Source: a virus
Virus record (IMG/VR): IMGVR_UViG_3300035190_000190
Coordinates: 11,123-75,122 of that record
Strand: one strand, 5' to 3'
DNA: 64,000 nucleotides
Position 1 is the first letter of the stretch. Each line of letters opens with the position of its first letter. A program made the translations under genes and the position numbers. Under the pieces are notes generated by a model. The model was not told the DNA's origin. It did no database searches and saw only the letters and a list, made by a program, of their open reading frames with translations. Shown in pieces: positions 26,735-35,088 of this stretch.

Positions 26735-28006
26735 ATGGCAACAGCAACGGCAACAACTAGTGCAGAAAAGAAAAAAGTAGTTACTGTAACAGATGCACGT
26801 ATTGATGCGGCTGTACGTGAAAAACTTATTACTGCACGGATTGCGTTATTACTTAAGGCGCCGTTTTTTGGTAACTTAGCGACACGTTTAAAATTAGTAA
26901 ACGCAGATGAGTGGTTAAGCACAGCGGCTACAGACGGACGTAATTTTTACTACAATAGTGAATTTGTAAACAAACTGCCTCAGAAACAAGTAGAGTTTTT
27001 AGTAGGGCATGAAGTGTTGCATGTAGTTTACGATCACATGGGACGTAGACAGGATAGAGATGGACAGTTGTACAACGTTGCGGCAGACTATTGTGTTAAT
27101 GCTGATTTAATTGACAGTAAGATTGGTGAGAAAATTACAAGTGTGCCTATTTTGTATGATAGAAAATATGCAGGTTTGAGCTCAGAAGAAGTGTATGACT
27201 TGCTGTATGAAAACGCTGAAAAAATTAACGTCAATGATTTGCTTAAACAATTGTTAGACGAGCATTTAGATGATGGCGATGACGACAGCGAAGAAGGTGA
27301 AGGCGAAGGAGAAGGTGGACGTCCGGGTAAGATGACTGCTGAAGAAAAGAAAGCATTGCGTGACGAAATACGTGAAGCTGTACTACAAGCGGCAGAAGCG
27401 GCAGGTGCAGGCAACTTGCCAAAAGGTGTTAAACGTTTAATTAACAAGCTGACAAATCCACAACTAAACTGGCGTGAACTTATTAGACAACAGGTACAAA
27501 GTTTAGTTAAAGCTGACTTTACTTGGGCACGTATGAATAGAAAAGGGCAACATTTAGATGCAATTTTGCCAGGTAGCAACTTTGCAGAAACAATTGATGT
27601 TAGTGTTAGTATTGATGCGTCAGGCAGTATGAGTGAAAGTATGTTACGTGATATCTTAAGTGAAGTTAAAGGTATTATGGAGTCGTTTGACGACTTTAAA
27701 CTTGATGTATGGTCTTTTGATACAGATGTTTATGGTTACGAAAAATTCACACCAGATAACATTGACGATATTGACACTTACGAATTACAAGGCGGCGGCG
27801 GTACAGACTTTGAATGTAACTGGAACTTTATGCGTGAAAATGAAATTGCACCAAAATTGTTTATTATGTTTACAGATGGTTACCCAGGTGGTGGGTGGGG
27901 CGACGAGAGTTACGCAGACACATTGTTTGTAATACACGGTACTACTAGTATCGAAGCACCATTTGGTATTACAGCTTATTATGATTTATCGAAAGGAACA
28001 AATTAA
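26735..28006 (+). CDS. metallopeptidase-like + VWA domain protein (DUF2201-like), MoxR partner
   Basis: TAATDG, HEVLH, acidic linker, DASGS MIDAS, GGGTDF, FTDG. Confidence 0.88.
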   Translation: MATATATTSAEKKKVVTVTDARIDAAVREKLITARIALLLKAPFFGNLATRLKLVNADEWLSTAATDGRNFYYNSEFVNKLPQKQVEFLVGHEVLHVVYDHMGRRQDRDGQLYNVAADYCVNADLIDSKIGEKITSVPILYDRKYAGLSSEEVYDLLYENAEKINVNDLLKQLLDEHLDDGDDDSEEGEGEGEGGRPGKMTAEEKKALRDEIREAVLQAAEAAGAGNLPKGVKRLINKLTNPQLNWRELIRQQVQSLVKADFTWARMNRKGQHLDAILPGSNFAETIDVSVSIDASGSMSESMLRDILSEVKGIMESFDDFKLDVWSFDTDVYGYEKFTPDNIDDIDTYELQGGGGTDFECNWNFMRENEIAPKLFIMFTDGYPGGGWGDESYADTLFVIHGTTSIEAPFGITAYYDLSKGTN

Positions 28007-28344
28007 TGGCAACATATGAAAGTTTTAGTTATAGTCCAACAGATCTAGCTGTACAACTGTCTGGCGCGACGCAGGATACACTTGTTTATCTGTTGAATAA
28101 AAAGTATATCACTAATGAACAGTACAATGAATTATCAGGTAAACTGGTGGTTATGGCTGTGCCTAATCGTAAAGGGTTTGGTAAGAAACTGTTGGATTAT
28201 TGGTTTGGTGAGGGTAATAAGGAAGAGTCTGCTTGGGTATTTCCTATTGTAGAAGTGTCTAACCACTATGTTTCTGCTACACCAGAAAAGCCAAAGAACG
28301 TGACTAAACTTAAAACCAAACCTAAGTTAGAGGTAGTTGAGTAA
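28006..28344 (+). CDS. hypothetical protein
   Basis: TAATG-coupled ORF. Confidence 0.7.
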   Translation: MATYESFSYSPTDLAVQLSGATQDTLVYLLNKKYITNEQYNELSGKLVVMAVPNRKGFGKKLLDYWFGEGNKEESAWVFPIVEVSNHYVSATPEKPKNVTKLKTKPKLEVVE

Positions 28345-28808
28345 TGAGTACAGGTAGGCTAAAAGACCAAAAAGACTTTGATCTTGAACAGATCGTTCGG
28401 GTCATTGATTCTGCATTAGAGTCAGACGATCAACGCATTAAGGACGCCTTACGTGCGCTTATGACTATAACTGTGTTGTGTACAGCAGAACATCCTGATC
28501 AAGTCTTACACAACGGTCCGCTAGCACGTGTGTTTGAAGACATGCGCAATATTAATCAACGATTAGGTCGTTTAGAAGATGATCTAAACAAGATTAAATG
28601 GGATCAACAAAGGCGCCAAGTTGAGCCATTTACTTCGCCATACCAGCCGCCCACTGGTCCATTAGATCCCTGGGTTAGTCCAAACGATCCGACTAAACCA
28701 AAGCCCATGTGGGGACCAAGATGGAGTGCTGGTGATGATCCTAACTATAAAGGCGCAAGTTCTGGTATGCTTGCTGAAGACTTTATAAAAAAATTGGAGA
28801 AACGATAA
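28344..28808 (+). CDS. hypothetical protein
   Basis: TAATG-coupled ORF; coiled coil then Pro-rich tail. Confidence 0.7.
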   Translation: MSTGRLKDQKDFDLEQIVRVIDSALESDDQRIKDALRALMTITVLCTAEHPDQVLHNGPLARVFEDMRNINQRLGRLEDDLNKIKWDQQRRQVEPFTSPYQPPTGPLDPWVSPNDPTKPKPMWGPRWSAGDDPNYKGASSGMLAEDFIKKLEKR

Positions 28809-29254
28809 TGGCCTTAGGTTGGGAAGATGTACAGCGTGTAAAGCGTGTAGAAGCTCGAGCAGAAGAGCTTGGGTTTAAGTTTTCTTCTTCAGCTAATTAT
28901 AACTATGGTGGTAACAACATTATAAGTTATATTTGTTTAAAACCTAAAGAAGATTGTTTACCACACTACAGTCGTGATGCCGATGTCTTTATAGGTACAC
29001 TTGAAGAGATTAATACCTGGTTAACTGGGGTTGAATGGGCTCGTGGCTACGAAGAAATGCTTAAACTTGGCAATGATAAGAAACGTAAGGAAAAAGAACA
29101 AATTGAGCGTAATCGACAGTTGTTGCGTACTATTAAGTCTGGACGAAAAGTTGAAGGAATACTTGGCGCAACAGACATCAATGAATGGCGAACACAATTA
29201 GATGAAGAGTACGATATCGACGACGAAGTTGATTACCGTGAAATACCATTTTAG
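28808..29254 (+). CDS. hypothetical protein
   Basis: TAATG-coupled ORF; acidic tail ending EIPF. Confidence 0.7.
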   Translation: MALGWEDVQRVKRVEARAEELGFKFSSSANYNYGGNNIISYICLKPKEDCLPHYSRDADVFIGTLEEINTWLTGVEWARGYEEMLKLGNDKKRKEKEQIERNRQLLRTIKSGRKVEGILGATDINEWRTQLDEEYDIDDEVDYREIPF

Positions 29255-29264
29255 GAAAAATACA

Positions 29265-29738
29265 ATGACCAAAGTAATGACTATGACAAAAATAATTGAA
29301 TCTTTACCCTATGAATTAAGTGAGTGTACACCTGAACAAGCACCGTGGACTACGTTGGTAGAAGAAGACTTTCACATTGCTATTTTTAAAGATGGCTTTC
29401 CTGTTAGCCACGGACATTTGCTGTTTGTGCCCAAATATAATACTGTAGACGTATTAGCAGATGCCGTGGCTGATGCTATCGCACACGGACAACGTATGGT
29501 TGCCGAGGGTAACTGTGATGGGTATAACATTGGTATTAATGTTGGAGAGGCTGCTGGACAAACAGTTGCTTGGCCACATGTACATATGATTCCGCGACGC
29601 ACAGGTGATGTCACTGATCCACGTGGTGGTGTGCGTAATGTTATTCCTCATTTAGGTAATTATAAGAGCAAAGGAATTGGGGATGCCTACGACGAAGTAA
29701 ATAAATGGTACGGCGACTTTGGTGATGCTAGAGACTAG
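29265..29738 (+). CDS. HIT family nucleotide hydrolase
   Basis: FPVSHGHLLFVPK, GYNIGIN.GEAAGQTV.WPHVHMIPRR.GD. Confidence 0.88.
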   Translation: MTKVMTMTKIIESLPYELSECTPEQAPWTTLVEEDFHIAIFKDGFPVSHGHLLFVPKYNTVDVLADAVADAIAHGQRMVAEGNCDGYNIGINVGEAAGQTVAWPHVHMIPRRTGDVTDPRGGVRNVIPHLGNYKSKGIGDAYDEVNKWYGDFGDARD

Positions 29739-29742
29739 ATAA

Positions 29743-30033
29743 ATGCTCAAACATAACGAACCAAATCCACTCAACATACACGGACTAAGACAACTAGGTC
29801 ATTGTCCGCCACACTTCACACCTGTGTTATTTGATCTTGCTGTACAAGACAAGGATTTAGTCGACTGGCTGTATGAAAATTTAGAAGGACGCTTCTACTC
29901 CGGACAAATTGACGTTAAACAACCCTCTGGCGTTATTGCACGTCAACAATGCATTGCCTTTGAATTAGCTGCAGAAGCCAGTTACTTTGCCTTATTCCTA
30001 CCTCAACTTAATCAATCCAGTATTATGTGGTAA
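29743..30033 (+). CDS. hypothetical protein
   Basis: 96-aa ORF. Confidence 0.65.
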   Translation: MLKHNEPNPLNIHGLRQLGHCPPHFTPVLFDLAVQDKDLVDWLYENLEGRFYSGQIDVKQPSGVIARQQCIAFELAAEASYFALFLPQLNQSSIMW

Positions 30034-30094
30034 TAAAATATTTCCACCTGTTTAGACCATGGTAAATAAAGTTATCCCAAGGAGAACTTTTTTA

Positions 30095-30352
30095 ATGGCC
30101 AAAGCAGAAACAACCGCAACAGAAGATTCAACGCCTGTTGCATCCACAGAAGCACAACAACCGGCAGTACCAAGTTTAACACTACAAGACTTAATTCTTG
30201 TAGCACAAATCATCCAACTTACTAGTCAACGTGGTGCGTATCGTGCCGAAGAGTTAGCCAACGTTGGTGCGTTATACAATAAATTAATTGCATTTTTAGA
30301 CAGCGTTGGTGCAATTACTAAGCCAGACGAAACCGCTGCACAGGAGCAATAA
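30095..30352 (+). CDS. hypothetical protein
   Basis: AAGGAG SD, TAAATA at 30063-30068. Confidence 0.7.
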   Translation: MAKAETTATEDSTPVASTEAQQPAVPSLTLQDLILVAQIIQLTSQRGAYRAEELANVGALYNKLIAFLDSVGAITKPDETAAQEQ

Positions 30353-30353
30353 G

Positions 30354-31058
30354 ATGATTAAGCACGTAGGTAGACATAATAACAAGCGAGTTGTTATTGC
30401 ATATAGACAAGTTCCAGATGAAGATCATATGTGTTTGGTAATTTACAGTGAAACATTACCCATGCGCATTCATGATGAAGTAATGAAAGTATTAGAAAGC
30501 GACATTGGTCAACAGGCCAATGATTTTGCAGACGCACTATTCCGTCATACTATGGCAGATGGTGTTAATTGTTTAAATGCAATTCATCGTGGTGGACTAT
30601 TATCTAAAGTACCAACTAACCAAGTTATTGTAACACCAACTTCAGCTAGTTCAGTACGCTTAGATGAATTAAACACCTTACTAAATGAAATTGCCAAAGG
30701 TGAAGCCGCAACTGAGAAATTAGCCAAGGCAGATGCAGGACAAAGATGGGAAGGTAGAGAGTTAGGTGAACCAGCAAGAACTACAGCAGAAAGTGTAAAT
30801 ACTACATCAGCTAGTGTTAATACGGATGGCGTGTTGTCTGATGCTGATATTGCAAATCAACGTTTAGCACAAGCTACTAAAATGGAAGCCGAAGCTAAAA
30901 CTTTATTAGCAGAAGCAAAACGTTTAAAAGAAGAAGCAAACGCACTGGCACCTAAGGTAACTAAGGCAAAAGTAGCAAAAGCAACTACAAGTACAACAAC
31001 ACCTACGAAGAAAACAAATGCCAGAAAACCTACCACAACCAAAAAAGCCGCGGCGTAA
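30354..31058 (+). CDS. hypothetical protein with coiled coil and Lys/Thr-rich tail
   Basis: AGGAG SD. Confidence 0.75.
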   Translation: MIKHVGRHNNKRVVIAYRQVPDEDHMCLVIYSETLPMRIHDEVMKVLESDIGQQANDFADALFRHTMADGVNCLNAIHRGGLLSKVPTNQVIVTPTSASSVRLDELNTLLNEIAKGEAATEKLAKADAGQRWEGRELGEPARTTAESVNTTSASVNTDGVLSDADIANQRLAQATKMEAEAKTLLAEAKRLKEEANALAPKVTKAKVAKATTSTTTPTKKTNARKPTTTKKAAA

Positions 31059-31374
31059 AGCTACGCCAGGCAAGAAAGTCAACATGAGTGTTAAGAAACG
31101 TTGGCAAGACATTGTTAGAGACGTTGATAAAAAAGAAATACCAGTCACGGTGCTACAACGTATTATTGTTAAGCTCATTGATGGTACTGATCTTAGTATT
31201 GATGTTAAACAATTACTTGATGACGGGCAACATCCTGACGAGATCGAAGAATTACTCAATGCCAAGTTTCAAGACTTGGATGAGTATATTGAAAACGTTG
31301 ACTTCTTTATTGATATTGATAAAGTAGTTGGTGCTGTTCAACCCGAGACCGACAAGGTACTTAAGAATCTATGA
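31018..31374 (+). CDS. hypothetical protein
   Basis: 118-aa ORF coupled to DHFR. Confidence 0.65.
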   Translation: MPENLPQPKKPRRKATPGKKVNMSVKKRWQDIVRDVDKKEIPVTVLQRIIVKLIDGTDLSIDVKQLLDDGQHPDEIEELLNAKFQDLDEYIENVDFFIDIDKVVGAVQPETDKVLKNL

Positions 31375-31874
31375 TTATATCAATTTTAGCTAGTACTAAT
31401 ACCGGCGGTATTGGTAATAGAGGTACCTTGCCTTGGCCACATAATAAAGAAGATATGAAGTGGTTTGCTAATCATACTACGGGTAATATTGTAGTCATGG
31501 GCCGCAACACATGGGATGATCCTAAGATGCCTAAACCACTACCTAATCGTGAAAATTATGTTGTCAGTAGTCGACATGTAGCACAACAATATCAACATCT
31601 GGTAAAGTGGATTCCCAGCAATCCCGTAGAGAATATTGTACAGTTACAAAAGGACAACCCTAACAAAGATGTTTATGTTATCGGTGGTCGTCAGTTATAC
31701 GAAGCAACAGAAAGCATTGTTGATAGAGTATATCTTACACGTATCAAAGGTGCTTGGTTTACTGATACACGTATTCAACTTGAAAGTATGCTTGCATGTT
31801 TCCAAATTAAATCAGTTAAGCCCGGTGAGAATTGTACCTACGAAACGTGGGACCGCATAATGTTTTTTAAATAG
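31371..31874 (+). CDS. folA: dihydrofolate reductase
   Basis: GIGNRGTLPW, DMKWF, VVMGRNTW, PLPNR, VIGG. Confidence 0.93.
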   Translation: MIISILASTNTGGIGNRGTLPWPHNKEDMKWFANHTTGNIVVMGRNTWDDPKMPKPLPNRENYVVSSRHVAQQYQHLVKWIPSNPVENIVQLQKDNPNKDVYVIGGRQLYEATESIVDRVYLTRIKGAWFTDTRIQLESMLACFQIKSVKPGENCTYETWDRIMFFK

Positions 31875-31903
31875 TTGACTTATAGAACTATCTCTGTTAT
31901 ACT
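31875..31903 (+). promoter_or_regulatory. sigma70-type promoter for thyA (extended -10, likely leaderless)
   Basis: TTGACT-17-TATACT with TGn; ATG 6 nt downstream. Confidence 0.75.
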
Positions 31904-31909
31904 AATAAT

Positions 31910-32743
31910 ATGAAAACATATCTTGATTCTTTAAAATTTGTCCTAGACAATGGTACAATAAGACCAGACCGTACATCAACAGGTACAATTGGTGTGTTTG
32001 GTATGCAACAACGCTACGATTTAAGTAAGGGCTTTCCGGCCGTTACTACCAAGCGTCTTGCGTTCAAAGCCTGTCTCAGTGAGTTGTTGTGGTTTATCGA
32101 AGGTTCAGGTGATGAAAAGCGCCTACGAGAGATATTACATGGTAGTAGGGACTCTGAAAAGAGTACCATCTGGACTGCCAATGCCACAGCAACTTACTGG
32201 ACTCCCAAAGCAAAGTTTGATGGTGACCTGGGTCGTGTCTACGGAGTACAATGGCGTGACTTTGGGGGTGTTGATCAACTACTTAAATTAGTAGAAGGTA
32301 TTAAACAAGATCCATACGGACGTAGACATATCCTAACTGCGTGGAACCCAGGCGAGTTAGATCAAATGGCTTTACCTCCATGTCATTGTTTTGCACAGTT
32401 TTATGTATCAGCAGATAATAAGTTGTCGTGTCAAATGTATCAGCGATCATGCGATATGTTCTTAGGAGTTCCTTTTAACATAGCATCCTACAGCCTGCTA
32501 ACGCATATGGTAGCCCAAGTGTGTGGCCTTGGGGTAGGCGAATTCGTTCACGTACTTGGTGATGCACACATATATTTGAATCATGTAGATCAGGTAAACG
32601 AACAATTGCAACGTGAACCATTACCTGCACCACAACTTTGGATCAACCCAGACATTACTAATATTACTCAATTTACCATGGAAGACTTTAAACTAAATGG
32701 CTATGAATCACTCGCAAGCATTAAAGCACCAATGGCAGTCTAA
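31910..32743 (+). CDS. thyA: thymidylate synthase
   Basis: DRTSTGT, ELLWF, MALPPCH, YQRSCDMFLGVPFN, DAHIY. Confidence 0.97.
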   Translation: MKTYLDSLKFVLDNGTIRPDRTSTGTIGVFGMQQRYDLSKGFPAVTTKRLAFKACLSELLWFIEGSGDEKRLREILHGSRDSEKSTIWTANATATYWTPKAKFDGDLGRVYGVQWRDFGGVDQLLKLVEGIKQDPYGRRHILTAWNPGELDQMALPPCHCFAQFYVSADNKLSCQMYQRSCDMFLGVPFNIASYSLLTHMVAQVCGLGVGEFVHVLGDAHIYLNHVDQVNEQLQREPLPAPQLWINPDITNITQFTMEDFKLNGYESLASIKAPMAV

Positions 32744-33017
32744 GAAACCCGAAACCCATCGTGTAAGATTCTTTACCAGCACATTCACTGATGATGTTGA
32801 CACACAAATGTCTGACAGATTTTGGCGGATTGCTGAAGAATTTAAATTAACTCCACAGGCCCAATGGGTTAAAGATAATGATATTACTCTAGCGTGGGCG
32901 GAAGACGACATATACTATTCATTTGGTAAGATGTGTATTATATACGGTGACTTAACTGAAAGACAATATGTAGATTATAGTTTACGATTCTTTCAACACC
33001 AATCGGATTGGAAATGA
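32697..33017 (+). CDS. hypothetical protein
   Basis: Fills gap thyA-epimerase; start uncertain. Confidence 0.55.
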   Translation: MAMNHSQALKHQWQSKKPETHRVRFFTSTFTDDVDTQMSDRFWRIAEEFKLTPQAQWVKDNDITLAWAEDDIYYSFGKMCIIYGDLTERQYVDYSLRFFQHQSDWK

Positions 33018-34000
33018 AAATCCTAATCACAGGCGGTGCAGGGTTTATTGGACACAATGTAACTCGTATATTAGAATCACAAGGTCACGAATGTTATGTC
33101 ATTGACACCGCAACAGACTATGGCTTTATACCAAAAAAGGAATTAACTTATCTCAAATCTTCGCGTAAAGAACGTTTTAAATCACGTGTTATACATACTG
33201 ATATATGCAGCGTTAATCATATCGACAGTATTTTTAGCGCAGTACGTCCAGAGCTAGTAATACATCTCGCTAGCTTTCCTAGACAAAAAATAGTCAGTCA
33301 GGATCCAATACTTGGGTCAGAAGTAATGACCACTGGATTGATTAATCTTCTGGAAGCCAGCACACGTTATAACATCAATAAGTTTGTCTACATTAGTTCA
33401 AGTATGGTCTACGGTGACTTCAATAATGAATCGTTTGATGGTATCGGTGAATATGTTGACTGTAATCCAATCGGGCAGTATGGCATTATGAAATACATGG
33501 GCGAGAAACTTGTAGCTGATTATACTCGACGCGGTTGCTTTGCGCATACTATTATTCGTCCTAGTGCTGTATACGGACCTTGGGATGTCGAGGATAGAGT
33601 TGTTAGTAAGTTTATGCTGGCGGCCCTACGTGGAGAAGTATTAAAAGTTAAGGGTGCTAACGAAGTCTTAGACTTTACCTATGTTGAAGATACTGCCATG
33701 GGTATTGCACAGGCCGCACTCAGTGATAATGCCAACAATAAAATTTACAATATAACACGTTCGTCGGATGTAGAATATACACTGCTGGATGCTGCTCGTC
33801 TTGCTGTTGATATTGCAGGTCGAGGTAGTATAGAAATTGCAGATCGAGACTTGGCATTTCCCACACGTGGTAGATTAAACATTGCTAGTGCAAGAGCGGA
33901 CTTTGGATATAATCCCACAGTTGATGTAGAGAATGGATTTGCTCTTTACAGTAGATGGTTTACTACATCACCTTATTGGACCAAACAACTCGCAAAATGA
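33014..34000 (+). CDS. NAD-dependent nucleotide-sugar epimerase/dehydratase
   Basis: ITGGAGFIG, SSSMVYG, YGIMK, DFTYVED. Confidence 0.9.
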   Translation: MKILITGGAGFIGHNVTRILESQGHECYVIDTATDYGFIPKKELTYLKSSRKERFKSRVIHTDICSVNHIDSIFSAVRPELVIHLASFPRQKIVSQDPILGSEVMTTGLINLLEASTRYNINKFVYISSSMVYGDFNNESFDGIGEYVDCNPIGQYGIMKYMGEKLVADYTRRGCFAHTIIRPSAVYGPWDVEDRVVSKFMLAALRGEVLKVKGANEVLDFTYVEDTAMGIAQAALSDNANNKIYNITRSSDVEYTLLDAARLAVDIAGRGSIEIADRDLAFPTRGRLNIASARADFGYNPTVDVENGFALYSRWFTTSPYWTKQLAK

Positions 34001-35088
34001 TTCCATTCTTTGGTGTAGACCGTCAATACAAAACAATCCGTGAAGAAATACTCGATGTAACAGATCTTGTCTATTCGAGCGGACAGGTATTAGATGGTGA
34101 ATATACTAGAACCTTTGAACAAACTCTTGCTAAAATGACAGAACGTAAGTATGCTGTTGCTGTTAATAGTTGTACACAGGCTTTGGTCTTTGCACTGCGA
34201 GCAATTGACTTTTATTCCTTATTCCATAAAAACAAAGTATTAATTCCCAGTCAAAGTTTTGCCGCCACAGTTAATGTTGTGTTCGAAGCTGGCTATGAAC
34301 CTGTATTCTGCGATGTTGATCCTATCTCGGGATTAATCGATCTCGACAGTATACCAGTTAAGCCAGATGAAGTTGCGGCTGTTATGTATGTAAACTTGTT
34401 TGGTAATATTATTGACTATGATAAGTTACAAACGTATGTTACATTCTTTAATAGTCATCGCATACCTGTAATCGAAGATGCCGCACAATCGTTTGGTGCT
34501 TACTATCGCGGAGTACCTAGTGGCAAGTTAGGTGATATTAGTTGTTTAAGTTTTGATCCTACTAAGAATTTTCCCAACTACGGATCTGGCGGAATGATAC
34601 TCACAGACGACTACGAGCTAGCCGAGCTGTGCATTAATATGCGTGACAACGGCAAGGTGTCGGAGCATTACACAGTTGGCACCAACAGTAAGATGAGTGA
34701 AGTTGATTGTGCGCAGATGTTAGTTAAACTAAGACACTTCGATGATTGGCAACAACGTCGTAGGAATATTGCAGAATATTATACGGAAGAACTAGATGGC
34801 CCTGTGCAGATGATTCCCGTGTATCATAATGTCGAACATGCATGGCATAAGTTTGTTATACACTATCCAGAACGTTCGCGTTTATTTTCAGATTTACACT
34901 ATATGGGTATAGAAACTAAGATACATTATACAGCACCATTGCACATGATGGGTGTTGTCGGTGGACACGAAGTTCTAGTAGGTGCTGAACAGTTCAGTAA
35001 AACGTGTTTAAGTTTGCCTATCTATCCAGAGATGACTGATGCAGAAGTCGAAGCAGTTGTTGATGCTATTAAAGAGTGTACTTGGTAG
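33997..35088 (+). CDS. DegT/DnrJ/EryC1/StrS sugar aminotransferase
   Basis: IEDAAQSFG, SFDPTKN, GGM, LSLPIYP. Confidence 0.92.
   Translation: MIPFFGVDRQYKTIREEILDVTDLVYSSGQVLDGEYTRTFEQTLAKMTERKYAVAVNSCTQALVFALRAIDFYSLFHKNKVLIPSQSFAATVNVVFEAGYEPVFCDVDPISGLIDLDSIPVKPDEVAAVMYVNLFGNIIDYDKLQTYVTFFNSHRIPVIEDAAQSFGAYYRGVPSGKLGDISCLSFDPTKNFPNYGSGGMILTDDYELAELCINMRDNGKVSEHYTVGTNSKMSEVDCAQMLVKLRHFDDWQQRRRNIAEYYTEELDGPVQMIPVYHNVEHAWHKFVIHYPERSRLFSDLHYMGIETKIHYTAPLHMMGVVGGHEVLVGAEQFSKTCLSLPIYPEMTDAEVEAVVDAIKECTW

Noticed and set aside
29570-29600. HIT motif with the first His replaced by Trp
   Set aside because: The catalytic and third His are retained; this is a minor variant without evidence of novelty.
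31910-32743. thyA as a pyrimidine hydroxymethylase for DNA modification
   Set aside because: It has the dUMP-specific Asn (VPFN), looks canonical, and is paired with DHFR.
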